Part shown: piece by piece, positions 1-8,150 of the stretch | Layout of the letters: every line of letters starts with the position of its first letter | Numbering within the stretch: the first letter of the stretch is position 1 | Origin: Candidatus Bathyarchaeota archaeon | Lineage (GTDB): Archaea > Thermoproteota > Bathyarchaeia > TCS64 > B23 | DNA length: 24,000 nt | Direction of reading: 5' to 3' | NCBI GenBank assembly: GCA_029259285.1 | Contig: JAPDJB010000174.1 | Coordinates: 1 to 24,000 of the forward strand | Program-made: the position numbers and the translations under genes | Notes under the pieces: generated by a model | What the model was told of the DNA's origin: nothing | Databases searched by the model: none | Seen by the model: the letters and a program-made list of their open reading frames with translations, nothing else

Positions 1-460
1 TTTCACCCTCCCTAGTAGCCACCTTGAGGATGGAGGCGGCCTCCCTGCTGCGGAGGCCTATGGAGAGAACTCTAAGCCTTTCCCCCCCGATCTCCATCTC
101 GAAGCCTATCGAGTAGGCCTCCTCCCTCCTCTCGGGCCAGCCGCCGCTGGAGAGGGCGATGACGGGCCTCTCAACCTCTAGATGTAGCCTGTAGGGGTCT
201 ATCCTGATGCCTCTGAGGAGTTCTCGGTGTAGCAGTATCACCCTGATCTGGGGGTGGTGGTTCGACCCTCGGATCATCTCCGCAACCTTTAGGGTTGGGG
301 AGGCCTCGTCTCCCCTCAGGTTGATGGCTAGAACTCCATCGAGCCATAGGGAGCCTCGATAGACCACTCCAACAACGGTTTGTAGGCTTCCCCTGGGTTT
401 GGAGGCGATGCCTAGAACCCTGATCTCCCTCTTAATCCTCCTAATTCTCGTTATTCCCAT
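1..460 (-). CDS. UPF0215/DUF99-like protein, C-terminus cut by window edge
   Basis: My own minus-strand translation from the ATG at 460 reads MGITRIRRIKREIRVLGIASKPRGSLQTVVGVVYRGSLWLDGVLAINLRGDEASPTLKVAEMIRGSNHHPQIRVILLHRELLRGIRIDPYRLHLEVERPVIALSS... and stays open to base 1. The pattern (IRVLGI, VGVVxRG..LDGV, IRVIxL, RPVIAxS) resembles archaeal DUF99 proteins. The start overlaps the rpoL stop by 20 nt. It is absent from the ORF track because it runs off the edge. Confidence 0.55.
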   Translation of the reverse strand, partial: MGITRIRRIKREIRVLGIASKPRGSLQTVVGVVYRGSLWLDGVLAINLRGDEASPTLKVAEMIRGSNHHPQIRVILLHRELLRGIRIDPYRLHLEVERPVIALSSGGWPERREEAYSIGFEMEIGGERLRVLSIGLRSREAASILKVATREGE

Positions 461-749
461 CGCCCTTAATTCTCTCCAGCTCCCCTTTGAAGGCTGAGAG
501 GAACTCCCTCAACTCCCCCTTAGCCCTCTCAGCCGCGTCTATGATGGCCTGCTCCGGCGTCTTATCCCCCTTCATCTCGACGAAGAGGATGGAGTAGTCC
601 ATTAGGGGATGGGGCTTCGCATATCCAGCCATCCTCACCGCTTCATCCCTCAGCAGGGAGCTCTGGAGTAGATTCAGCAGTGTATGCCCCTCTCCCCCCA
701 CCGCTATCTCTATATGCCCCTCCCTCCGCTTGAGAACCTTCAACCTCAT
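441..749 (-). CDS. rpoL: DNA-directed RNA polymerase subunit L (Rpo11)
   Basis: 102-aa ORF with the EGHTLLNLLQSSLL...AGYAKPHPL signature typical of the archaeal RpoL/Rpb11 family. It overlaps the csl4 stop by 4 nt. Confidence 0.85.
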   Translation of the reverse strand: MRLKVLKRREGHIEIAVGGEGHTLLNLLQSSLLRDEAVRMAGYAKPHPLMDYSILFVEMKGDKTPEQAIIDAAERAKGELREFLSAFKGELERIKGDGNNEN

Positions 750-1348
750 GCCAACTCCTCCGATCCATATGTTCTAGCTATCTTCCTCCTCTCAACCCTA
801 CCGCAGCGGGGGCATGTGAGCCTCATCCTCCTCTGCTCTAGGAGTGAGCCGCATTTGGAGCAGAAGGCGTAGATGACGCCGTATCTCGACCCCTCGATGG
901 AGAGCTGTGTAAACCTGTTCTTCGTGTTTATCACCCGCGCCTTAACTATGTCCCCGCTTCTAAGGGCTAGATTCATATTCTTCACGTCCAGCCCCACGCT
1001 GGAGATGTGGATCACCCCCGTGAAGGGGGGTGAAACCTCCACTCCTTCTATGTAGAATATCTCGACATTCGCCGTCCTCCTCTTCACGGAGCCTACCTCG
1101 CCGATGACCTCCAATCCCTCCTCTGGAAGGATGGGCGTCCTCGTCCTCTTCGAGACCCTCACCTCCCTCCTCTCCAGATCGAATTGGGCGTCTCCAAGCT
1201 CCGCCGATCGAACTACCCCATCCTCCTGATAGGCTCCAGGGCCGTCTAGGAACTCCTCTATCACCGCGAGCTTATCCCCTGGGAAGACGAGTCCACCTCT
1301 CAGCCTCTCCACTCCCCTGGACATGCCGGCCTCCACCGGCTCGCCCAA
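746..1348 (-). CDS. csl4: Exosome complex RNA-binding subunit Csl4
   Basis: 200-aa ORF with N-terminal VFPGDKLAVIEEF, a central S1-like region and a C-terminal zinc ribbon CSKCG...CPRCG. Adjacency to rpoL and dph2 is typical of archaea. The start is either the TTG at 1348 or the ATG at 1324 (MSRGVERL). Confidence 0.85.
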   Translation of the reverse strand: MGEPVEAGMSRGVERLRGGLVFPGDKLAVIEEFLDGPGAYQEDGVVRSAELGDAQFDLERREVRVSKRTRTPILPEEGLEVIGEVGSVKRRTANVEIFYIEGVEVSPPFTGVIHISSVGLDVKNMNLALRSGDIVKARVINTKNRFTQLSIEGSRYGVIYAFCSKCGSLLEQRRMRLTCPRCGRVERRKIARTYGSEELA

Positions 1349-1369
1349 CTAATTCTCCCCAGCTTCAAT

Positions 1370-2008
1370 TTAAACTCTTAGCCTCTCGATCCTGTAGAGG
1401 TCTATCTCCACAAGTCTCCTCGGCTTCCGGTGAAACCTGAACATGTGGGGTATCTCCATCTCCATCTCGAAGAGAGCTGAGATCCTTCCGCCCCTCCTCC
1501 GGATGTGTCTCCTGATGAACTCCCTCGTGCTGCTCTTATGAATGCTGTATACCGCCCTAGCTATTCTCAGAGCCTCGTCTAGAAACTCTATGTCGGCGTG
1601 GCGACGCCTAGTTCCAAAGGGGGGATTCATGATGACCGTGTCGAAGACGGCTCTGAGGGGTGCGACATCCCCGATGAGGAGGTGGAGGCGATCTGAGACG
1701 TCTGCCTCCACGGCGTTCTCCCTAGCTGTGGAGATGGCTGTTGAGTCGATGTCGACGCCTACAACTGCCTCAGCCCCCAGCATTAAGGCTCCTATGCCCA
1801 ATCGCCCCGTTCCACATCCCAAGTCCGCGACAAGCCTATCTTTGATGTCGTCATAGATGTATCGCGCTGTGAATAGGAGTTCGGCTGCCACCCTTGGAGG
1901 CGTGGTATACTGTTCCAGCTCCGGATCTGGATGGGGGTGGGGTTTAAGTCTCCTCAGGGCCTCCTCCAGCCTCCTCCTGGGTATGATCTCCTCAGCATCT
2001 CTCCCCAA
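1370..2008 (-). CDS. METTL5-like SAM-dependent N6-adenine methyltransferase (putative rRNA methylase, COG2263 type)
   Basis: Carries the SAM-binding motif DLGCGTGRLG, then VGVDID, and the catalytic NPPFG motif. The only in-frame start I found is the TTG at 2008, which gives a 55-nt overlap with the dph2 3' end. Confidence 0.75.
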   Translation of the reverse strand: MGRDAEEIIPRRRLEEALRRLKPHPHPDPELEQYTTPPRVAAELLFTARYIYDDIKDRLVADLGCGTGRLGIGALMLGAEAVVGVDIDSTAISTARENAVEADVSDRLHLLIGDVAPLRAVFDTVIMNPPFGTRRRHADIEFLDEALRIARAVYSIHKSSTREFIRRHIRRRGGRISALFEMEMEIPHMFRFHRKPRRLVEIDLYRIERLRV

Positions 2009-2982
2009 TCCATCACCCCCATCATAATGTAGGCCTCCTGGAGGGTGATCATCGGCCTCCTGAGGTCTGGTAGGCCGTCTAGGGCGATCCTGGGGCAGGC
2101 GGTGTCGATGAAGGCTTCAAACTCCGTGAAGTCGTTTAGGATGTCAGCTCTCACCACGTCGAGGGCGATTATGGCAACCCTATACCCCCTCCCCTCAAGT
2201 TCCCCCCTCAGCCTTTCAGCCTCCCCCATCCTACTCTGACCTGGCTTTACACTCACCACGATCCCTATATTCCTAGCCTTCTTAACCATCTCCACGATGG
2301 CTATCCTCCTCCTCAGCATCCTCATGGCCTCTCCACGCCCTATCCTGGCAGCCTTACCCGTGTAGGGGTCGGCTGCCACAACCTCCCTCCCAGTGGCTAG
2401 GGCCATGCCGAGGGGGTGGAAGCGTCCTCCCCCTATGAAGAGGAAGCCGTCTACCATCTCGGCGATGGAGAGGGCTGTAGAGTAGTCACAGCCTAAAACC
2501 TGCCCATCATAGGGAGTCCATCCGGCTCCCCGACCGATGTGAGGTGTAAATCCCCACCTCCTCAGGGTTTCAGCCACCCTCGGCAGTAGGTGGACATGCT
2601 GAACGGTGGAGGCCAAACCTATACTCCCCCAATCCTCCAGTAGGGGGCGAGCCTCGTCGAGGAGCTCCTCGACGTCGAAGTCTGCTCTCAGCTCCACGTA
2701 GATGACTGGTATCCCAGCGTCTGGCAGCATCCTGTTATGGCCGTAGTGGATTATGAGGTCGACGCCTAGGCTCTTAGCCTCATGGAGGGGTAGGTCGCAT
2801 CCCCCATAGCAGGTGCCCCCTGAGATGTAGGCCCTTACACCCGTCTCAGCCTCCAGCCTCCTCGTCAGCCAGAGGGCCTTGGGTCTCAGCCCCTCTGGGA
2901 GCTGTATTAGAACCCTTTCAACGCCTCTCTCAGCTATCTCCCTGATAACCCTCTCCATCTCGAAGTTATAGGAGATGGTCAA
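1954..2982 (-). CDS. dph2: 2-(3-amino-3-carboxypropyl)histidine synthase Dph2 (diphthamide biosynthesis)
   Basis: 342-aa ORF. The N-terminus YNFEMERVIREIAERGVERVLIQLPEGL matches the typical archaeal Dph2 start. Conserved Cys-containing segments (GGTCYGGCD, LGCDYS) fit a radical-SAM-like 4Fe-4S enzyme. The start is a TTG. Confidence 0.85.
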   Translation of the reverse strand: MTISYNFEMERVIREIAERGVERVLIQLPEGLRPKALWLTRRLEAETGVRAYISGGTCYGGCDLPLHEAKSLGVDLIIHYGHNRMLPDAGIPVIYVELRADFDVEELLDEARPLLEDWGSIGLASTVQHVHLLPRVAETLRRWGFTPHIGRGAGWTPYDGQVLGCDYSTALSIAEMVDGFLFIGGGRFHPLGMALATGREVVAADPYTGKAARIGRGEAMRMLRRRIAIVEMVKKARNIGIVVSVKPGQSRMGEAERLRGELEGRGYRVAIIALDVVRADILNDFTEFEAFIDTACPRIALDGLPDLRRPMITLQEAYIMMGVMDWGEMLRRSYPGGGWRRP

Positions 2983-3008
2983 GGCCCCTTCTATTTAGGG
3001 GCTGGAGG

Positions 3009-3018
3009 CTTATAATGG
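3009..3018 (-). promoter_or_regulatory. Candidate TATA box for dph2
   Basis: The minus strand reads CCATTATAAG about 30 nt upstream of the TTG start at 2982. This is consistent with an archaeal TATA box and a leaderless or short-leader mRNA. Confidence 0.4.
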
Positions 3019-3024
3019 TGAACG

Positions 3025-3540
3025 CTAGGAGTGGGGCTGGGCTGTGGAGATGGGGGTTATCCTGATCCTGCAGGGGATGGGGAACTTAGCTGAGGCCCTC
3101 CTAAGAGCCTCCTTCGCGATGTTAACCGCCTTCTCATCCACCTTCACAACCATGAGTCTCTGCCCACGTCTAACCCTCGCCGCAGTCCCAGCTGGCTTCC
3201 CATAGGGTCTGCGCATCCCATCTTGGAATCTGTCTGCCTGGGCGACGGCCAGCCTCCTCTTCTCCCTCAATATGTGATGGGGATATGGAACGATCTGGAG
3301 GAGATAGTTATCCCTGCCGAGATTCCTCTCCAGATACCTGTTAGCCGCCAGCCTCGCCGCCTCCAGGGCGTTATGCCTTATCTGCGCATCCCTCAGGTTT
3401 AGAAGCTCCACGATGTATTCATAATCCCTATTGGGGTTTCCCATGGTGAACTTGACTATTCTGAGGCCTGGGACTCCCCCTACATACTCCTTCCTGGTGT
3501 ATGGCATCCTCTTTATCGACCTATAATTCCTCGCCCTCAA
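3025..3540 (-). CDS. rpl10e: 50S ribosomal protein L10e (uL16)
   Basis: 171-aa ORF with YTRKEYVGGVPGLRIVKFTMGN and other L10e/uL16 hallmarks. The start is a TTG at 3540. Confidence 0.9.
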   Translation of the reverse strand: MRARNYRSIKRMPYTRKEYVGGVPGLRIVKFTMGNPNRDYEYIVELLNLRDAQIRHNALEAARLAANRYLERNLGRDNYLLQIVPYPHHILREKRRLAVAQADRFQDGMRRPYGKPAGTAARVRRGQRLMVVKVDEKAVNIAKEALRRASAKFPIPCRIRITPISTAQPHS

Positions 3541-3565
3541 GGCCCATCAATCTTCCCCTATGGGG

Positions 3566-3576
3566 GTTTAAAAAGC
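3566..3576 (-). promoter_or_regulatory. T-tract/TATA element: likely terminator of the DUF655 gene and TATA box of rpl10e
   Basis: The minus strand reads GCTTTTTAAAC. It lies directly after the DUF655 stop (3581) and about 30 nt upstream of the rpl10e start (3540). Confidence 0.4.
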
Positions 3577-3580
3577 TGAC

Positions 3581-4144
3581 TCATGTAGGCCTTGTGAAGA
3601 GGAGGTATTTCTCATCCTCAGAAAGCTCTCTCAGAATCCTCCTGGCCAGCAGCTTAACGGGGTCTGGGATGTTCACCCTGCTCTGGAGATCCTCGAAGCT
3701 CTCGAAGGGTCTGCGCTCACGCTCCTCCAATATCTGCCACATCAACTTCTTCCCAATCCCAGGGATCAGCTCTAGGGCGTGCATCTTAGGCGTCACGGGC
3801 TGAGACCTGTTGAAGAACTCTATGAAGCGCTTCTCGTTGGCCTTGATGATCCTCTCTATTATGCCTGGCAGCTCAGCTTTGGCTGTGGCCGTCAACTCGT
3901 CGTAGGAGATTCGTCCAAGTATGTGATCAACCTTGGTTCTGCCGATCCTCCCTACGTAGAGGCGCTCCCCTATATCGATCTCGACATCTCTCTTCGGCGT
4001 GGCCTCAAGCAGCGTGAAGTAGGTTTCGCCGACGAGCTGTATTATGCCTCTTCCATAGCTGTATCTAGGGGCGCCTGGCCTACCATGCGGCAATTTGTCT
4101 AGGACGTATGCATATTCCTCGTATTTTTTACCCTCTCTCTCCAT
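3581..4144 (-). CDS. DUF655 family protein (OB fold plus helix-hairpin-helix, putative nucleic-acid binding)
   Basis: 187-aa ORF with YAYVLDKLPHGRP at the N-terminus and FIEFFNRSQPVTPKMHALELIPGIGKK (HhH) at the C-terminus, as in archaeal DUF655 proteins. Its position beside rpoF and L21e is conserved. Confidence 0.75.
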   Translation of the reverse strand: MEREGKKYEEYAYVLDKLPHGRPGAPRYSYGRGIIQLVGETYFTLLEATPKRDVEIDIGERLYVGRIGRTKVDHILGRISYDELTATAKAELPGIIERIIKANEKRFIEFFNRSQPVTPKMHALELIPGIGKKLMWQILEERERRPFESFEDLQSRVNIPDPVKLLARRILRELSEDEKYLLFTRPT

Positions 4145-4157
4145 CTCTGCCTCCCCG

Positions 4158-4487
4158 CTATTGAGAGGTAGCCTTAGACCTGTATTTCTCTATGATCCTC
4201 ATTAGATTCTCCATGGTCTCCTTCGATATTATGCGTTGGCGTCCCAGGAAGGTTCTCAGCTCCTCTATGCTTTGGGGGAGGCAGTTGGCTATCTGAACCG
4301 CTATGCCTCTCTCAAGTCCGCTCTCCACTAGCTCCTCCACGAGCTTCCCCGCATCCTCTGCGGGGAGTTTTGAGAATTTGAGGGTGTAATCTAGAACCCT
4401 TCTCTGGAGTGGGTCTAGCTCTCCTATGGATTCAAGTATCTTCTTCGCCTCTGATACGGTGATCTCCCTGCGCTCTATGATGGACAT
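4158..4487 (-). CDS. rpoF: DNA-directed RNA polymerase subunit F (Rpo4)
   Basis: 109-aa ORF. The size, the N-terminus ITVSEAKKILES and the position downstream of rpl21e fit archaeal RpoF. It overlaps the rpl21e 3' end by 13 nt. Confidence 0.7.
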   Translation of the reverse strand: MSIIERREITVSEAKKILESIGELDPLQRRVLDYTLKFSKLPAEDAGKLVEELVESGLERGIAVQIANCLPQSIEELRTFLGRQRIISKETMENLMRIIEKYRSKATSQ

Positions 4488-4780
4488 GCCGTATGCCTCC
4501 TCAGATGCTCGGGTCTGGCGATGATGAGCTTCACCTTCTTCCTCTGTGGTATCTCTATGACGTAGGCCTTTCCACGCTTCTCCACTATGGTTCCAACTCT
4601 GCCCTGGTATCTCCTGTGGGGCATACCCTTGTGAACCGTTGGGTTGATGTCTATGACGACTCGGTCTCCTATCCCGTAGTTCTCCAGAAGCCTGCTGAGG
4701 GGTATCTTACCCCTCTCCCGAACCGGCTTCCGGAGCTTCCTCCTCGTCTTCCTCCTAGGCCCCTTAGAGTGCCTCCCCAT
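4475..4780 (-). CDS. rpl21e: 50S ribosomal protein L21e
   Basis: 101-aa ORF with the basic N-terminus SKGPRRKTRRKL and HKGMPHRRYQGRVGTIVEKRGKAY, which is typical of L21e. Confidence 0.9.
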   Translation of the reverse strand: MGRHSKGPRRKTRRKLRKPVRERGKIPLSRLLENYGIGDRVVIDINPTVHKGMPHRRYQGRVGTIVEKRGKAYVIEIPQRKKVKLIIARPEHLRRHTACPS

Positions 4781-4786
4781 CTCCCA

Positions 4787-6112
4787 TCATCCTAACCTGA
4801 ATCGTTGAAGCTGTCTGAGGAGTCTACGCCTACCCCTCAGCTGCTTCAGCATCTTTCTCATGGCGTTATACTGTTTTATAAGTTCTCTCACATCCCTCTC
4901 CTCCGTTCCGCTTCCCCTGGCGATCCTCCTGATCCTGGAGGCGTTTAGGATTCGCGGATTCTCCCTCTCCTCAGGGGTCATAGACTGTATGATGACCCTC
5001 CACTTATCCAGCCGCTCCTCGGCTATGTCGAAGACGTCGCTGGGAAGCTCATAGCCGAAGCCTGGGAGCATGGAGATGATCCTCCTCAGAGGCCCAAGCT
5101 TCCTCATCGCCTCCAATTGGCCGTAGAGGTCTTCCAAGGTGAACTTCCCAGAGAGGATCGCCCTCACATCTCGCTCCGAGACATCAACCTCAGCCTCCTT
5201 AACCCTCTTCACAAGGCTCTCTATGTCGCCCATGCCGAGGAGGCGTCCGATGAACCTAGGGGGATCGAAGGGCTCCAGGTCGTCGACTCTCTCACCGGTT
5301 CCTATGAACTTTATTGGAGCCCCAGTGGCTGCGACGCTTGATAATGCTCCGCCGCCTCTCGCCGAGCCGTCGAGCTTTGCGACGATGATGGAGCCTATCT
5401 CCGTTGCCTCCTTGAAGGCCTTGGCCTGGGAGGCCGCCTGCTGCCCTATCGTGGCGTCGATGACTAGGATGACCTCCCTAGGCTTGACTGCCTCCGCTAT
5501 TCGTCGCATCTCCTCCAGCAGCGGCTTCTCCTCCTTATGCCTCCCAGAGGTGTCTATGATGACAGCCTCATAATCCCTGAAGCGTTCAACCCCCCTCCTA
5601 GCGATCTCTATCGGGTCTCGGCATTCTGGGTCTCCATAGAAGTCGACCTTTATGGATTCGGCGAGCTGCTTGAGCTGGTCGTAGGCTCCAGGCCTGAAGG
5701 TGTCGGCGCATATCAGAGCCGTCTTGAAACCCCTCTTCTGTAGGTATCGCGCCAGCTTCGCCGCTGTGGTCGTCTTACCAGAGCCCTGTATCCCTATGAG
5801 CATATAGATGTTCTGGGTTCCAGGCCTTAGGTCTAGGGGCTGAGCCTTCTCCCCAACCAGCCTGGTCAACTCGTCGTAGATGACCCTGATGAGATGCTCC
5901 CGTCTACTTATCCCTGGGGGGAGCTCCTCGAAGGCTCTCTCCTCGATGCGCTTAGACAGCTCGAAGACGAGTTTCACATCGACATCGGCTTGGAGTAAGG
6001 CCCTCTGGAAGTCCCTTATGAGCGTCTTAACAACCTCTCTGTCAACCGTTGGAGCTCTAAGCATCCGCTTTATGGCGTCGTAGAGTGATGATCCAAGCTT
6101 CTCCAGCACCAT
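4787..6112 (-). CDS. srp54: Signal recognition particle protein SRP54
   Basis: 441-aa ORF with GTPase motifs GIQGSGKTTTAAKLA, DTSGRH and AKLDGSARGG, plus a Met-rich C-terminal M domain. Confidence 0.95.
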   Translation of the reverse strand: MVLEKLGSSLYDAIKRMLRAPTVDREVVKTLIRDFQRALLQADVDVKLVFELSKRIEERAFEELPPGISRREHLIRVIYDELTRLVGEKAQPLDLRPGTQNIYMLIGIQGSGKTTTAAKLARYLQKRGFKTALICADTFRPGAYDQLKQLAESIKVDFYGDPECRDPIEIARRGVERFRDYEAVIIDTSGRHKEEKPLLEEMRRIAEAVKPREVILVIDATIGQQAASQAKAFKEATEIGSIIVAKLDGSARGGGALSSVAATGAPIKFIGTGERVDDLEPFDPPRFIGRLLGMGDIESLVKRVKEAEVDVSERDVRAILSGKFTLEDLYGQLEAMRKLGPLRRIISMLPGFGYELPSDVFDIAEERLDKWRVIIQSMTPEERENPRILNASRIRRIARGSGTEERDVRELIKQYNAMRKMLKQLRGRRRLLRQLQRFRLG

Positions 6113-6145
6113 TTCCCGTTCTTCCCTAATCTATCCCTCTCACCT

Positions 6146-7081
6146 TCATGTAAAGGTTGCCTCAACCCTCTCAAGGGCGGCGGCGACTATAAATGGAAAT
6201 AGGATCGTCGCATCGCCGTAGACGTCGACTATCCTCGCTCCCTTAACCTTCCCCCAGCTGATGGCCTCTCTAAGTGGAGCTCCGCTGAGGCTTCCATCCT
6301 CAGCCCTCGCGGTGGTTATCTGAACCGCGGCGTCGAGGCCGCCTCTCAAGGTGTTCATGTATAATGTGTGATGCTTCGGGACTCCCCCGCCTAGGATGAT
6401 GGCTCCAGTCTTCTCGGCGTCATAGACCAACTCGGCGAAATGCTCGAAGTCCCTGAGGGGGTTTATGCTGAGCATCCTCCGCTGGGAGTACATCCAGAGG
6501 GGTATGCCGATCATGGAGTCTAGGAGGGCTGGGCTGAAGATGGGGATATTCCTCAACGCCGCGCATCTGAGGATGGAGTCCTCATCTCTCAGCCTCAACC
6601 CGATCTCGCGTAGCAGACCCCAGATCGGGGTTTCCCTCTTCTTCTCCTCCGGTATCTCATCGAGAATCCCGTGGAGGAAGCGCTCCAACTCCTGGAAGAC
6701 TCTGGACTCTATGTAGATGTCGTAGGCCCTGGAGACACCTCTCTCCCTGAGCTTCTCATCGTCGGCCTCTGGGCTTCCGGAGTGGTGTCTCCCTCCCATC
6801 GCCTCTATTAGGTCGTGTACCAGGTTGGCCCCGCTGGTTACCAGGGCGTCTATGTACCCCTTCTTTATGAGGTCTGAGATGATTAGGCGTAGCCCAGCTG
6901 GGATGAGGGGGCCTGATAGGGAGAGGAAGATGGTGTAGCTCTCATCGCTGAACATCTCAGCTATTATCTCGACGGCTTTCGCAACCCTTCCGGCTCCTAT
7001 GACTCCCGCCTTGCCCAGCTCCCTCGCTAAGCTGTCGACGGTCATTCCAGCCTTGAGGCGTATCGGTTTGATTCTCCTCAT
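6146..7081 (-). CDS. dys: Deoxyhypusine synthase
   Basis: 311-aa ORF with the TSGANLVHD and ILGGGVPKHH motifs characteristic of deoxyhypusine synthase. It lies immediately downstream of its substrate gene, aIF5A. Confidence 0.9.
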   Translation of the reverse strand: MRRIKPIRLKAGMTVDSLARELGKAGVIGAGRVAKAVEIIAEMFSDESYTIFLSLSGPLIPAGLRLIISDLIKKGYIDALVTSGANLVHDLIEAMGGRHHSGSPEADDEKLRERGVSRAYDIYIESRVFQELERFLHGILDEIPEEKKRETPIWGLLREIGLRLRDEDSILRCAALRNIPIFSPALLDSMIGIPLWMYSQRRMLSINPLRDFEHFAELVYDAEKTGAIILGGGVPKHHTLYMNTLRGGLDAAVQITTARAEDGSLSGAPLREAISWGKVKGARIVDVYGDATILFPFIVAAALERVEATFT

Positions 7082-7085
7082 CCCC

Positions 7086-7484
7086 TCAGCCCTTCACCCT
7101 CACAAGTTTCCTATGCCCCATGATGTTCCAGTATTCAACCTCCCTCCCGACTTCAAGCCTCGATTTAACATCCTCCTCCGATGGATGGGGAACCTCGAAG
7201 ACCTCGTAGGTCTCTAGATCCATGAGCTGGACATAATCGGGGGTGATGGAGACGATCTGGCCTCGCCGTTTGTCGACGATTGGTATCTCTATCGTCGCGT
7301 CGACGGGGCTTACAAAGCTCTTCTTACTGCCGTCTAGGAGGCTTACGGCTATGCATCTGAACTTCGCGCTCCCATGCTTCCCAGGCTTACTCTTCTGAAT
7401 TGAGAGTATCTGACAGGGTTCTCCGTCGATGACTGCGTAGGAGCCAACCTTCAACTCCCCAACCCTACCAATCCTATATGCCAT
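7086..7484 (-). CDS. eif5a: Translation initiation factor 5A (aIF5A)
   Basis: 132-aa ORF carrying the hypusination loop SKPGKHGSAKFR. Confidence 0.95.
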   Translation of the reverse strand: MAYRIGRVGELKVGSYAVIDGEPCQILSIQKSKPGKHGSAKFRCIAVSLLDGSKKSFVSPVDATIEIPIVDKRRGQIVSITPDYVQLMDLETYEVFEVPHPSEEDVKSRLEVGREVEYWNIMGHRKLVRVKG

Positions 7485-7748
7485 TTAGAGTCCACCAGCC
7501 CATGAGAGAGTATATGAGGGGAGATAAATCATTTCCGCGTTAGTGACTGTCTCGATCCCTCCTCACGCTTCTCTTTGCGAATCCCTGAGGGGCAGGCGAT
7601 ATATCTCGAAGGAGCTCATCTATCCTCCTTAAACCCTCTCTAACACTCTTTAACCATCTCTCATCCTGCTCTCTCATATTGACCACTGTCCATAATCTAA
7701 CACTCGACTTTCTTGAAGGTCTCGTAACCCTGTAGACGGAAGGGTTTT

Positions 7749-8132
7749 ATGTCGGTATGCGGATTGGATGTCGCTGCGGGCTGGGTGGAGGCTGTGGGGG
7801 AGAGATGGATTAGGGAGTGCGAGGAGTTTCTCAGGCAGATAAGGGAGAACAAGATGGCTGAGAATCCAGATCGCCTCGACCTCGTTAGGTCTATGCATGT
7901 CGCCCTCTTAGCCTTGAATCACAGCGTTATAGGATGGCTTCAATATGTGAATAACCCCGATGTGATGGGTAAGTTCACCCTCGAGGAATTGAGGGAGATG
8001 TCTCAGTATCTGAATAAGTTTGCGGAGGATTTCATCGAGTATGACATAAAGGTGACGAAGGCGGGGATGGAGAAGGGGCTTAGGGAGCTGGAGGAGGAGA
8101 GGGGAGAGGAGGATCAGCCCTTCTACATATAA
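7749..8132 (+). CDS. Conserved archaeal hypothetical protein (possibly DUF2153-like; unverified)
   Basis: 127-aa ORF, predicted helical, with an acidic C-terminus. The segment NPDRLDLVRSMHVALLALNHSVIGWLQYVNNPDVM looks like a conserved core. I recognise no functional motif. Confidence 0.6.
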   Translation: MSVCGLDVAAGWVEAVGERWIRECEEFLRQIRENKMAENPDRLDLVRSMHVALLALNHSVIGWLQYVNNPDVMGKFTLEELREMSQYLNKFAEDFIEYDIKVTKAGMEKGLRELEEERGEEDQPFYI

Positions 8133-8150
8133 CCCAGCCGTTTATAATCC

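Noticed and set aside
4860-6083. Several plus-strand ORFs (64-144 aa) inside the srp54 region.
   Set aside because: They are antisense to an unambiguous SRP54 gene, have S/P/R/A-rich composition and carry no motifs. They are typical GC-rich shadow ORFs.
7674-7898. A 74-aa minus-strand ORF overlapping the start of the 7749-8132 gene.
   Set aside because: It overlaps the better-supported plus-strand gene, has P/L/S-rich composition and lacks a plausible promoter or SD.
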